Positions 27,541-37,900 of a stretch of 59,735 nt of DNA are shown piece by piece (position 1 is the stretch's first letter; every line of letters starts with the position of its first letter). Source of the stretch: an uncultured delta proteobacterium (GTDB lineage Bacteria; Myxococcota_A; Polyangia; Fen-1088); NCBI GenBank assembly GCA_963767925.1, contig CAVYGB010000005.1:1-59735 (forward strand). The letters run 5' to 3'. The notes beneath the pieces were generated by a model. That model did not search any database. It was not told the origin of the DNA and saw only the letters and a list, made by a program, of their open reading frames with translations. Made by a program: the position numbers and the translations under genes.

Positions 27541-29346
27541 TCAGCGGCGGCGGCGGGTGCGGAGGGCGGCGGCGAGGGCGGGGAGCGCGAGGGTGAGCGG
27601 GCCGGGGGCGCTGGCGGGGGCGGGGGCGAAGGTGCAGGCGGAGCCCTGGACGGCGGGGGCGGAGCCGACGCCGGGAGGGGCGTTGGGGCCGCCGCCGGGG
27701 AAGGGGTTGGGGGGGACGAAGCCGCCGGAGCCGGCGTCGGTAGACGCGTCGGAGGCGCCGCCGTCGGCGGGGGTGGGGGTGCCGGGGTCGGCGGCGGGCA
27801 CGCCGAGGCACTCGACCGGGCCGGGCGCGACGAATGGGCGGTCGTCGCTGCAGGCCCCCCGGCCGGGGCCCTCGAGCGCGCCGCCGCCGGTGGTGCCGAG
27901 CTGCACCTGGAGCACGGCCTTGTCGGCGTCGACCGAGATCAGGGTGATGCGGGGGCCGCCGGGGGCGGGATCGCTGAAGGTCTTGCCCACCGCGAGGGCG
28001 GCGTCGTTCACGCTGCGGGTCTCGGGCGTCGTGTCGATCAACCAGTTGGGGTTGCCGCGCACGCGCGCCTCGCTGAGGTTGGCGGCGGCCAGGATGAACA
28101 CCCGCGGCGTCTGCAGGGCAGCGTCCAGCCCCACCGGCGCCCGCAGCTCGAGGTAATACGAGGTGAGGAGCCCCTGGTCGAGGGTCGACCCCGGCGAGGA
28201 GGGAAAGCGCAGGGTGCGCGCCGCCGGCAGCGGCACCTGCAGCACCTGCAGGCCGTTGCAGGTCTTCTCGAGCGGGTAGAGGGTGAAGCGGCCGCTGCTC
28301 GTGGCCTTGACCACGTTGCAGCCGCCCAGCCAGTCCTGGTACGCCTTCTGGACGCCGTTCATGTGAAAGCAGCGGTTGAGCATCTGCTGGCTGCCGGCGC
28401 CGCCGCCGCCGCCCATCGGGTCGAAGGGGTTGCCGTATTCGCTGTGGGTGCACTGCCCCTCGGCCGCCGTCGCGATCATGCTGACCGCCGCCCCCCCGCG
28501 GGTGCAGGTCAGGCTCGAGGAGTGGACCATGCCGAAGTTGTGCCCCGGCTCCTGCACCAGCACGACGCACTCGGCGCTGGCGTTGTAGAAGCTGTGGCGG
28601 GTGGGGCCCGCGGCCGTCCCGAGCTGGGCCACCCCGCCCCAGGGACAGCCGGCGATGCGGCTGCCGATGTACCAGAGGTACTGGTTGTAGGTGCCGCTGA
28701 TCTTGGGCAACACCGCCTCGGCCACGGCCCCGAAGTTCTCGCACAGCCCGCCGGCGGGCGGCGTGACCTGGAAGGGGCCCAGCACGTCGCCGCTCAGCTC
28801 CTGCAGGCCGTAGGAGACCTCCCGGTAATACGAGCGGATCGAGTCGGGGCGATCGGAGAACAGCCGATCGAGGGCCACCTCCTTGCTGATGTTGACCCCG
28901 TCGCCGGTGTCGATCAGCACGAAGGCCCAGCGCTTGGCTGGCTTGCGGGGGCCGTCGATCAGCGCGCGCTGGCTGGCCTCGACGTCGGGCTCGACCGCCG
29001 GTGGCGCCAGCACGTCGAAGCGCGACACGGCGATGGCGCGGCCGTCGTCGGCCCCGAACACGCGCAGCTTCGCGCCGGAGGTCAGCTCGGTGGGCGCGGC
29101 GAAGCGCAGCAGGCGCTGCTGTCCGTCGGGCAGGCGCAGCGTGTACCGCACCTCGCTGCGGTCGCCGAAGGTGAAGAGGTGGACGGTGAGCTCGCCGACC
29201 TGCGCGCCGGCTGGCGCGGGCGCCAGCGGCAGATCGAGCTCACCGAGCTCCGGGCCAGCGCCACAGGCGGGCAGCGCGACCGCCACCAGCAGCGCGAGCA
29301 CGGGGTGACCGGACAGACCGCGCTGCGGGGCAAACGTGTCGTTCAT
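27541..29346 (-). CDS. M11 (gametolysin)-like metallopeptidase with MYXO-CTERM-like anchor
   Basis: Lipobox LPAC. Motifs YYREVSYG, CPWGGVAQLG, QEPGHNFGMVHS, EYGNPFDPMG (Met-turn) and YYLELR. C-terminus GSAC..TM..RRRR. Confidence 0.7.
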   Translation of the reverse strand: MNDTFAPQRGLSGHPVLALLVAVALPACGAGPELGELDLPLAPAPAGAQVGELTVHLFTFGDRSEVRYTLRLPDGQQRLLRFAAPTELTSGAKLRVFGADDGRAIAVSRFDVLAPPAVEPDVEASQRALIDGPRKPAKRWAFVLIDTGDGVNISKEVALDRLFSDRPDSIRSYYREVSYGLQELSGDVLGPFQVTPPAGGLCENFGAVAEAVLPKISGTYNQYLWYIGSRIAGCPWGGVAQLGTAAGPTRHSFYNASAECVVLVQEPGHNFGMVHSSSLTCTRGGAAVSMIATAAEGQCTHSEYGNPFDPMGGGGGAGSQQMLNRCFHMNGVQKAYQDWLGGCNVVKATSSGRFTLYPLEKTCNGLQVLQVPLPAARTLRFPSSPGSTLDQGLLTSYYLELRAPVGLDAALQTPRVFILAAANLSEARVRGNPNWLIDTTPETRSVNDAALAVGKTFSDPAPGGPRITLISVDADKAVLQVQLGTTGGGALEGPGRGACSDDRPFVAPGPVECLGVPAADPGTPTPADGGASDASTDAGSGGFVPPNPFPGGGPNAPPGVGSAPAVQGSACTFAPAPASAPGPLTLALPALAAALRTRRRR

Positions 29347-29507
29347 TCCGGGGGCGTCCTCCGACTTCCAATCTGAGGCTGAGCTCCCGGAAAGGGGCCC
29401 GGCGCTCGGAGCCCCTTTCACCAGACCCCCTTGTTTAATAGCCTGCCCGACAGCGATCGGCACACACGCGCCGGGCCGAGAACGTCGGCGCGCGCGACGA
29501 CGCCCTG

Positions 29508-29954
29508 CTAACTGCTCGGTTTGTTTTGTGGTGGCTGCCAGCCGGCGGGTGGAACCAGCCAGGGATCGATCGCCGCGGGCGGTGCGCCGGCCGGCGCCGG
29601 ACCGTGGCCACCAGCGGGCGGCGGCACCGGCACGAGGACCGTGTCGGGGTACTCCCAGCAGGCCACGAGGCACACACCGTACGTGAACAGACCCATCAGC
29701 ATCGTCATGCCGGTGAACTCGCGCCGGATGCGCAGCTCGCCCTGACGGCCGTCGTCGGTGCGGGCGACGACGTTGGTGCTGCCGGGGAAGCCGCGGCGGG
29801 TGAGCTGGCCCTGCCCGCGGCCGAGCGGGCGGCCGTCGGCGACAACCCGGGCCGACGGATCGGTGGTGAAGATCTGGGTGGTGCCGCAGCCGCCCGAGGC
29901 GGCCGTCGAAACCAGCAAGGCGAGCGAGGCGAAGGCCCCGATCCGTGTCTCCAT
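29508..29954 (-). CDS. Putative lipoprotein with a PEGA-like domain
   Basis: Signal peptide ends SGGC, then TDPSARVVADGRPLG, a TM segment and a Pro-rich tail. Confidence 0.65.
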   Translation of the reverse strand: METRIGAFASLALLVSTAASGGCGTTQIFTTDPSARVVADGRPLGRGQGQLTRRGFPGSTNVVARTDDGRQGELRIRREFTGMTMLMGLFTYGVCLVACWEYPDTVLVPVPPPAGGHGPAPAGAPPAAIDPWLVPPAGWQPPQNKPSS

Positions 29955-29961
29955 GGCGCTC

Positions 29962-30963
29962 CTAGAAGCCGAGGCCGATCGAGAACTGGGGGCCGTGGCC
30001 GTAGTGGCGCTCGCCGGCGGCGGTGACCTGGCCGCCGGCGGTCGCCACCGTGATCTCGGAGCGCTCGCCGAAGGTGTTGAAGAAGTAGCCGAGCTCGCCG
30101 CGGAACTGCACCGTCGACAGGCGCCCGAACAGCACGCCGAACACCGGCGCCAGGCGGATGCCGTTGGCCCCCGCGCCCCCGAAGTTCAGGATGGAGTACG
30201 ACACCGCGGTGCCGAGGTAGGGGGTGAAGTTGCTGCGGCTGAAGGGGTAATAGCCGCCGAGGCCCACCGAGAAGCCCTGGCCGGCCTCCGAGCCGTAGGC
30301 GTCGAGGGCGACCTCGCCCAGGAAGGTGCGGGCGTCGTACATCCAGAAAATGCCGATGCCGGGGATGGCCGCGGTCTCCTCGACCGGGCGGTTGAAGGCG
30401 ACGAGCGCGGCCAGGCGCAGGCCGAACATCTTTGTCGCCGTCTCCTTGAGGTAGGGGTCGGCCTCCTTCTGGGTGACGTTTTCGATGTCCGCGGTCTGGC
30501 CGGCCTGCTTGCCGGTGGCGAGGCCGATCGCCAGCCGCTTGAGCGCGGGGTCGAGGTCGTCGGGACCACCGGCCACCGCGATGCTGTCAGCGTGGGCGAG
30601 CGCCCCGCTCGACACCCGGTAGGCGACCAGGCGCACGCGCCCGGTGCCGCTGAGGCGGGCCAGGTGCACGACGATCGCCAGCTCGGCGCCCGCGTCGCGC
30701 CCGCGCGCGATGGCCTGCTCGGCGGAGGCCTCGCTGGTGCTCGACTCGCCCGCCACCGTGATGACGTTGTAGCGGCCGGTCGACATGAGGTGGTCCTTGA
30801 GGATGTCGCGCGCCGCCTCGAGGTAGCCCGGGTGCACGTTGGTGCCGGTGACCGGCATCAGCGCGACCTTCTCCATGGGGGCGACCGCGGCCGCCCGCGC
30901 CCCCGGAGCCGCCAGCGCAGCGACGACGACGACGAACGCGAGACCGGCCAGCGACGCTTTCAT
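29962..30963 (-). CDS. Secreted or outer-membrane hypothetical protein with a C-terminal beta-barrel-like region
   Basis: Signal peptide MKASLAG...ARA, alternating beta-strand pattern and terminal SIGLGF. Confidence 0.7.
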   Translation of the reverse strand: MKASLAGLAFVVVVAALAAPGARAAAVAPMEKVALMPVTGTNVHPGYLEAARDILKDHLMSTGRYNVITVAGESSTSEASAEQAIARGRDAGAELAIVVHLARLSGTGRVRLVAYRVSSGALAHADSIAVAGGPDDLDPALKRLAIGLATGKQAGQTADIENVTQKEADPYLKETATKMFGLRLAALVAFNRPVEETAAIPGIGIFWMYDARTFLGEVALDAYGSEAGQGFSVGLGGYYPFSRSNFTPYLGTAVSYSILNFGGAGANGIRLAPVFGVLFGRLSTVQFRGELGYFFNTFGERSEITVATAGGQVTAAGERHYGHGPQFSIGLGF

Positions 30964-31059
30964 GGGGCTCCTCCGCACGATGGTAGGGATCATCATCGGC
31001 GGTACGGAGCAACCCGTGTACCGCGGCCCCTGGCCACACCCACCTACCGGTGCGCGGAC

Positions 31060-31172
31060 GGAACCTGTGCGCTCAGCGCCCGCGCGGTCGCTGGAACCTG
31101 CGCGCGTTCGCGGCGGCGCGGTTGCTGGAACCTGCGCGCGTCAGCGGCGGCGCGGCTGGTGGAGGTGCCCGC
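31060..31172. repeat. 33-34-bp imperfect tandem repeat, three copies
   Basis: GGAACCTG(T/C)GCGC...GCGCGG..G.T repeated at 31060, 31093 and 31127. Confidence 0.65.
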
Positions 31173-31234
31173 GATCTGACGGCGCTGTCACCTTCTGACC
31201 GTGGCGCTCGCGCTGCGGCGGAGGCGCGCCCTGA

Positions 31235-31273
31235 GACGTCGACCCCGTGTGAACGATCCACGGGGTCGACGTC
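31235..31273. repeat. Perfect 15-bp inverted repeat in the divergent intergenic region
   Basis: GACGTCGACCCCGTG-N9-CACGGGGTCGACGTC. Confidence 0.8.
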
Positions 31274-31605
31274 CCACCGAACCATCCACACGCCCTGTCC
31301 GAGCCTCCCGACCAGCCCGACCATCCCCGCGCCCCCATCCCTGCTGCCTCCGGGGTGTCGCCACAATCCGACAATCCCGGACCCGACCTCGCGCCGCGCG
31401 GGATCATGAATGCGCCCGTTCGCGTCTCCGGTCAACGGCAAAACGTTAGAAGATTACAATAGTTACGTGACAAAAGATTGCCGTAAGGCCGCCAACGTTC
31501 TTCTTTGCGCGCGTTTTTCCCCACTCCGGGGTTTGCGTGTCCCAATGCACGTATGGAACCCTTATGGTGGTTGTTGTCGGTCTGGTCCCCTACGGAGGTG
31601 AATGG

Positions 31606-32388
31606 ATGATCTCGAAGACTCGGGGGGTCACGGCCCCCGCACGCGCTCCGCTCGCGGCACTCGCTCTGATCTCTCTCGGCGCTCTGGCCTGCGGCGGCGG
31701 AGGCGGCGGCGGCACCCCGGCCCCGCTCCCGGTGGGAGGCTCGAATGCCGTCCCCGCGCCGACCGGCGGCGGTCAGGTCCGCGCCGACGGGGGCAGCAAC
31801 CCGGACGCTCCCGGGTCCCGCGGACCGGTCACCACCGGATCGGCGACGGCCCGCTTCTGCAACACGGTCGTGGTCAGCGGCGGCCAGTCGATCGAATTCA
31901 CGATGTCGATCGGCGACCCCGCGATCCGGTTCACCGCCGGCAGCCGGACCTGCGTGCCGCCCGACGGCCAGGCCTGCATGGGGATCCCCGCCGGGATGCA
32001 GCCCTACACCTTCACGGCGGTCAACCCCGCTGACGGGCAGACGCTGGTGATCGAGAGCGGCTCGATGGAGATCGCGGCCGGTGAGGAGCTGTTCATGCTT
32101 GTCGGGCTGGATCAGACGCGGCAGCCGAGCCTGCTGGCCGGCATCCTCGATCCGGTCGGCACCTGCAACACGATCACCTACGCCGACATCCCCCGGCTGG
32201 TCGGCGGCGGCACCGACGGCGGCGCGCCCGGCGGCGGCCCCGACGCCAGCGGCGCCGACGACCCGGGCAGCCCCGTGGGCTTCAAACGCGTGGGCCCGGT
32301 ATCCGCCCAGCCGCACAGCGGCCGCCCCGCCCTCCCGGATCTGCGGCTGGAATCGGCGCAGGGCCTGCGCATGTTCGACCGCCGGTAG
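31606..32388 (+). CDS. Putative lipoprotein
   Basis: ATG follows GGAGG. Lipobox ALAC, a Gly linker and a beta-rich domain (ARFCNTVV..). Confidence 0.7.
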   Translation: MISKTRGVTAPARAPLAALALISLGALACGGGGGGGTPAPLPVGGSNAVPAPTGGGQVRADGGSNPDAPGSRGPVTTGSATARFCNTVVVSGGQSIEFTMSIGDPAIRFTAGSRTCVPPDGQACMGIPAGMQPYTFTAVNPADGQTLVIESGSMEIAAGEELFMLVGLDQTRQPSLLAGILDPVGTCNTITYADIPRLVGGGTDGGAPGGGPDASGADDPGSPVGFKRVGPVSAQPHSGRPALPDLRLESAQGLRMFDRR

Positions 32389-32393
32389 CGACA

Positions 32394-32539
32394 CCGCTGC
32401 CCGTTTGCCCTCTCCCCGCGGCCGTCTGCGGCCGTGGGGAGAGGGAAGGGTGAGGGGAGGTTGCCTCGCCGGAGGCCCCTCACCCGGCGCGCAGACGCGC
32501 CGACCTCTCCCCGCGGCCGCAGACGGCCGCGGGGAGAGG
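32394..32539. repeat. Two REP-like elements, subtype B, in opposite orientation
   Basis: 32394-32457 is the near reverse complement of the 16389 copy. 32476-32539 has CCCCTCACCC..CCTCTCCCCGCGGCCGCAGACGGCCGCGGGGAGAGG. Confidence 0.7.
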
Positions 32540-32543
32540 TGGG

Positions 32544-32778
32544 GAGCAGAGGTGGAGCAGAGGTGGAGCAGAGGTGGAGCAGAGGTGGAGCAGAGGTGGA
32601 GCAGAGGTGGAGCAGAGGTGGAGCAGAGGTGGAGCAGAGGTGGAGCAGAGGTGGAGCAGAGGTGGAGCAGAGGTGGAGCGGGAGAGGTGGAGTGGGGAGG
32701 GACGGGGGAGGGACGTGGGGAGGGAGTGGGGAGGGAGTGGGGAGGGACGGGGGAGGGAGTGGGGAGGGACGGGAGGGG
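32544..32778. repeat. 11-bp tandem repeat (12 perfect copies) followed by a GGGAGGGA-rich tract
   Basis: GAGCAGAGGTG repeated from 32544 to 32675, then degenerate GGGGAGGGA(C/G) units. Confidence 0.92.
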
Positions 32779-32781
32779 CCG

Positions 32782-33771
32782 TCAGCGGGTGCGGTAGCTG
32801 GCGAGCAGGGTGTCCATGACAGCCGTGGTGCGGGAGGCGGTGTCGCCGGTGCTGGGGCAGAGGGCGCCGGGGTTGCCGAGCAGCTCGTCGACCATGGTCT
32901 GGATGAGGGGCTGCTGGACGTGGGGGGGATGGGGGATGCGGAGCTCCTCGCGGCCGGCCGCGGTCTCGAGCACCAGCGGCTCGTCCTCGAAGGTGGCGAA
33001 GGTGAGGCGGCCGGCGCTGCCGAGGATCTCCACCCGGTCGCTGCGCGCGCCCGACACGAAACACCAGAGGCCGACGCCGTGGGCGCCGGAGACGAAGCGG
33101 AACTGGCCGCTCACCGTGTCCTCGGCGGCGTAGAGGCCGCCCTGGTTGGAGGCGTGGCCCTTCACCTCGTCGATCGGGCCCAGCAAATAGTCGAGCAGGT
33201 CGAGCGTGTGGCTGGCGAGGTCGAGGAACAGGCCGGCCCCCGCGATCTCGGGCTGCACCCGCCAGGGCAGACGCTGCGGATCGAGGTGCTCGGGTTCGGG
33301 CGGGCGCACCAGGGTCACGGACACAGCCCGCACGGTCCCCAGGCGGCCCTCCTGCAGCAGCGACTTGATGCGCGCGAAGCGGGGCAGCGTCCGGCGGTAA
33401 TAGGCCACGAACAGCGGCACGCCGGCGCGCGCGCAGGCGGCGATCATCTTTTCGCAGTCGGCCGCCGTGGGGGCCATCGGCTTCTCGACGTAGACCGGCT
33501 TGCCGGCGGCGGCGGCCATCAGCGTGTACTGAAGGTGGGTCGACGGTGGGGTGGCCACGTACACGGCGTCGACCTCGGGGTCGCCGATCAGCTCCTCGGC
33601 GTCCCCGTAGGAGCGGGGCACGCCATGCCGGGTGGCGTAATCGGCGGCCTTGGCCCGGTCGCGGCGCATGACCGCCACCAGGGCCGACCCCGTGGCCTTC
33701 TGGAACCCGGGGCCGCTCTTCACTTCGCAGACATCGCCACAGCCGATGGCGCCCCAGCGGATCTTGTTCAT
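32782..33771 (-). CDS. Gfo/Idh/MocA-family oxidoreductase
   Basis: Motifs RWGAIGCG, VDAVYVATPP, VYVEKPMA, VAYYRR and DLASHTLD. Confidence 0.92.
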   Translation of the reverse strand: MNKIRWGAIGCGDVCEVKSGPGFQKATGSALVAVMRRDRAKAADYATRHGVPRSYGDAEELIGDPEVDAVYVATPPSTHLQYTLMAAAAGKPVYVEKPMAPTAADCEKMIAACARAGVPLFVAYYRRTLPRFARIKSLLQEGRLGTVRAVSVTLVRPPEPEHLDPQRLPWRVQPEIAGAGLFLDLASHTLDLLDYLLGPIDEVKGHASNQGGLYAAEDTVSGQFRFVSGAHGVGLWCFVSGARSDRVEILGSAGRLTFATFEDEPLVLETAAGREELRIPHPPHVQQPLIQTMVDELLGNPGALCPSTGDTASRTTAVMDTLLASYRTR

Positions 33772-33803
33772 GGCCGGGCATGGTATGCGATCACCCGCTG
33801 CCC

Positions 33804-34565
33804 ATGCCCCGGAATCCGATTCGGGCCTTCTTGCGACTGCTCGGCTTCCTCGTCATCGTCGCCGTGGCGATGACCGACCTCGGCCTGCGCCGGCTGCTGC
33901 GGCGGGGCCGGCTCGACGTGCACGAGCGGGCGGGCTGGCTGCACCGCTGGACCCGGCGGGCGCTGTGCTGGTTCGGCATTCGCCTGCGGGTGGAGGGGCA
34001 GCCGCCCCCCGCGGGCGTCCTGGTGAGCAACCACCTCGGCTACCTCGACGTGTTCGTGCTGTCCGCGATCGCGCCGACCGTGTTCGTGGCCAACCACGAC
34101 GTGGAGCGTTGGCCGGTGGCGGGTCTGCTGGCCCGGCTGGCGGGCACGGTCTTCATCGACCGGCGCCGGCGCGCCGACGTGGTCCGGGTGGGGGCCAGCC
34201 TGGTGGACGTGGTGCAGGCCGGGCAGACGGTGGCGCTGTTTCTCGAGGGGACCAGCACGGGCGGCGATCGCCTGCTGCCCTTTCACGCGTCGCTGCTGGC
34301 GCCGGCCGTGCGCAACCGCTGGACGGTCACGCCCGCCTTCGTGGCCTACTCCGCCCCGGGCGTGGTTGCCGAGCGCGAGCTCTGTTACTGGGGCGAGGCG
34401 GTCTTCTTCCCCCACTTCCTCAACCTGATCGGGCTGCGCGGGACCGAGGCGCACGTCAGCTTCGGATCGCCGCGCACCGCCGACGGGGACCGCCGCGCGC
34501 TGGCGATCGACCTGCGCCAGGCGGTGGGCGCGCTCGCGGCCCGCGCCGGTCGCCCGCTGGCCTGA
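33804..34565 (+). CDS. Lysophospholipid acyltransferase (PlsC/OlsA-like)
   Basis: Motifs VSNHLGYLD, GTVFIDR and FLEGTST. Alternative start at 33780. Confidence 0.88.
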   Translation: MPRNPIRAFLRLLGFLVIVAVAMTDLGLRRLLRRGRLDVHERAGWLHRWTRRALCWFGIRLRVEGQPPPAGVLVSNHLGYLDVFVLSAIAPTVFVANHDVERWPVAGLLARLAGTVFIDRRRRADVVRVGASLVDVVQAGQTVALFLEGTSTGGDRLLPFHASLLAPAVRNRWTVTPAFVAYSAPGVVAERELCYWGEAVFFPHFLNLIGLRGTEAHVSFGSPRTADGDRRALAIDLRQAVGALAARAGRPLA

Positions 34566-34934
34566 GCGGGCGCCATCTCCGGGGGCGGTGTCGCCGGGGG
34601 TGGTTGTGAGACCCAGCACGGTTCCCGACGGCGGAGCGGGCCGCGGTAACCGGACTGTCATCGTCCGGAAACCCGGGCGCGCCCGGCGCAACTGAACTCG
34701 GGTCAACAACCCCGAATTTCTGAGAGGTTCCCGCCCGAGGGAACCGACACGGAACGCGACGGTGGTGCGTGCGCGGAGGACGGCGATCGGCAGAGCGACG
34801 TGCGCGAGGAGACGAAGAGCAGAGATGTGCCCTTCATTTGGAATAGTAGGCGTTTACACCCGTTGACCTAGCTGAGACACTGGCCGCTCGCCGATTTTTT
34901 TCGCGGGCCTTGCCCGTCTCCATCGGAGGTTGCA

Positions 34935-37900
34935 ATGAAACGGTGGTCCTTCTCACGCTCGTTAGCTGCTTGTTCAATAGCTCTCACCTTCGTTGCTTGC
35001 GGCGACGCCAGCCGCGCTCCTCTCGAGACGGGCTCCGGGACGACGGTCGATCCCAGCCAGCCGCCGCTGACCACGCGCAGCCTGGATGCGCCCCTGACGG
35101 TCTGGGTGGTCCTGAAGCCGGAGGCCAACCTGGGCCGGGCCCTGAGCCAGAACTGGGTCGTGCGCGGGCGCGAGGTCGTGCGCGAGCTGACCAGCACGGC
35201 GACGACGACGCAGGCCTCCCTGCAGCGTTTCCTCGCCACGCGGGGCATCCGCTTCCAGAGCTTCTGGATCGTCAACAGCCTCAAGCTGACCGCCGACCGC
35301 AACACCATCGCGGAGATCGGCCGCCGGCCCGAGGTGGCGAAGATCCTGCCCGACCGCACCTACAGCGTGCCGCCCATCCGCGCCGGTGATCCCGGGCGCG
35401 CCGTGCAGGCGGTCGAGTGGGGCGTGACCAACGTGCGCGCGCCCGAGGTGTGGAGCACCTTCGGCACGCGGGGCGAGAACATCGTCGTCGCCAACATCGA
35501 CACCGGCGCCCAGTACGATCACCCCGCGCTGGTGGGGCAATACCGGGGCAACAACGGCAACGGCACCTTCGACCACAACTACAACTGGTTCGACCCGTCG
35601 AAGTCCTGCGGCAGCCCCTGCGACACCAACGCCCACGGCACCCACACCATGGGCAGCATGGTCGGCAACGACGGGGCCGACGGCGCGCCCGGGGCCAACC
35701 AGATCGGCGTCGCGCCCAAGGCGCGCTGGATCGCCGCGCGCGGCTGCGCCAGCGGGGGCTGCACGCTCGAGCACCTGATGGCGGCCGGGCAGTGGCTCCT
35801 GGCGCCCACCGACGTCAACGGCCAGAACGCCCAGCCCGACAAGCGGCCCCACGTGATCAACAACTCCTGGGGCGGCGGCGGCGGCGACACCTTCTATCAG
35901 GAGATCGTGCAGTCCTGGGTGGCGGCCGGCATCTTCCCGGCCTTCTCCAGCGGCAACGCCGGCCCCGGCTGCCAGAGCAACGGCTCGCCCGGCGACTACG
36001 CCGAGAGCTACGCGGTGGGGGCCCACGACGTCATGAACGGCATCGCCGACTTCTCCAGTCGGGGCAGCTCGTTCTTCGGGTCGATCATCAAGCCGAACAT
36101 CAGCGCCCCGGGGGTCGACGTGCGCAGCAGCGTGCCCGGCGGCTACGAGTCGTTCAGCGGCACCTCGATGGCCTCGCCCCACCTGTCGGGCGTGGTGGCC
36201 CTCATCTGGTCGGCGGCGCCCACCCTGGTGGGCGACATCGCCGCCACCCGGGCCCTGCTCGACCAGACCGCGATCGACACCGCCGACCTGAGCTGCGGCG
36301 GCACGCCCGCGAACAACAACGTCTTCGGTGAGGGCCGGGTCGACGCCTTCGCCGCGACCGAGCAGGCGCCGCGCGGCCCCACCGGCACGCTCGGCGGCAC
36401 CGTCACCGCCGCGGGCGGCGGTCCGCTGGCCGGCGCCACCGTCAAGGTGGAGGGCCCCACCAAGCGCAACACCGTGACCGACGCGGCCGGGGCCTACACC
36501 CTGCTGCTGCCGATCGGCAGCTACACCGTCACGGCGGGCGCCTTCGGCTACGTGTCGAAGTCGGCCGAGGGGGTGGTCATCACCGAGGGCGCCACCACCA
36601 GCCAGAGCTTCGAGCTGGCCGCCGCCCCCGCCCAGGCGGTGTCGGGCACGGTCCGCGAGGGCAACGGCGCGCCGGTGGCCGGGGCCAAGGTCACCATCCT
36701 CGGCACGCCGCTGCCGCCCGCGGTGGCGGACGCCAGCGGGCGGTACAGCTTCGCCAGCGTGCCGGAGGGGACCTACGAGGTGCGGGCCGAGTCGGGGCGC
36801 TGCCTCGAGGCGCAGCTCGAGACCCTGCTGGTCGACGGGCCCGAGACCCTGGACTTCGCCCTGCCCGAGCGGCAGGACGCCTTCGGGTACCGCTGCCGCA
36901 ACGTCCCCGTCGAGTTCATCGAGGCGGAGACGGTGCTCCCGCTGGTCGGGGACCTGGTCCAGACCACCGTGGCCCTGCCCTTCCCCTTCACCCTCTACGG
37001 GCAGACCTACGACACGGCGACGGTCACGCCCAAGGGGTACATCGCCCTGTCGGCCAGCCCGGTCAACTACATCAACACGCCGATCCCCGACCCGGCCACG
37101 CCCAACGCCACCCTCTACGCGCTGTGGGACGACCTGGTGGTCGACGCGGGGGCGAGCGTGCGGACCCAGGTGGTGGGGACGGCCCCCAACCGCAAGTTCG
37201 TCGTCGAGTGGCGGGACGTGCAGTTCTTCGAGCAGCCCAACCTGCGGGCGCGCTTCGAGATGGTGCTCTCGGAGACCGGGCAGATCCTGTTCCAGTACCT
37301 CGACCCGAGCGGCGACCCGCGCCAGCAGGGCAACTCGGCCACCATCGGCATCGAGAACGACAAGGGGACGGTCGGCTTCCAGTATTCGGTCAACGAGGCG
37401 ACGGTCACGCCCGGCACCGGCATCCTGTTCACCTTCCCCGACTCGGGCTTCGTCGAGGGGACGGTGACCGACGCCAACGACGGCAAGCCGGTGTCCGGCC
37501 ACGAGGTGCGGGCGCTGCAGGACGGGGTGGTGGTGCGTACCGCCTCGACCAATTCGGCGGGGAAATACCGGGTGCAGCTCCCGGTGGGCAGCTACGTCAT
37601 CCAGGCCGGGTCGAAGGCCTACGGCCAGCAGGAGGTCCCGGTCTCGCTGGGGCTGAACCAGACCGTCACCGTCGACTTCGCCCTGAAGACGGCGCGGGCC
37701 GAGGTCACGCCGCCCACGGTGGAGATGGTGCTGACCCCCAACCAGTCCCGCTCGAAGACGCTGGGGCTGCGCAACAGCGGCTCGCTGCCGCTGGACTTCG
37801 AGGTGGCCGAGTCGGGCGGCAAGCCGCAGGCGGTGGTGGCGACCGCCCGGATCAAGCGGCGCGAGGGGCTCGACCCCAGGGCCTTCAACACGCGGGGCCT

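Noticed and set aside
32434..32819. Repeat protein (SRGGAEVEQRW)n
   Set aside because: A translation of the 11-bp DNA repeat, appearing in all three frames, with no RBS or flanking domain.
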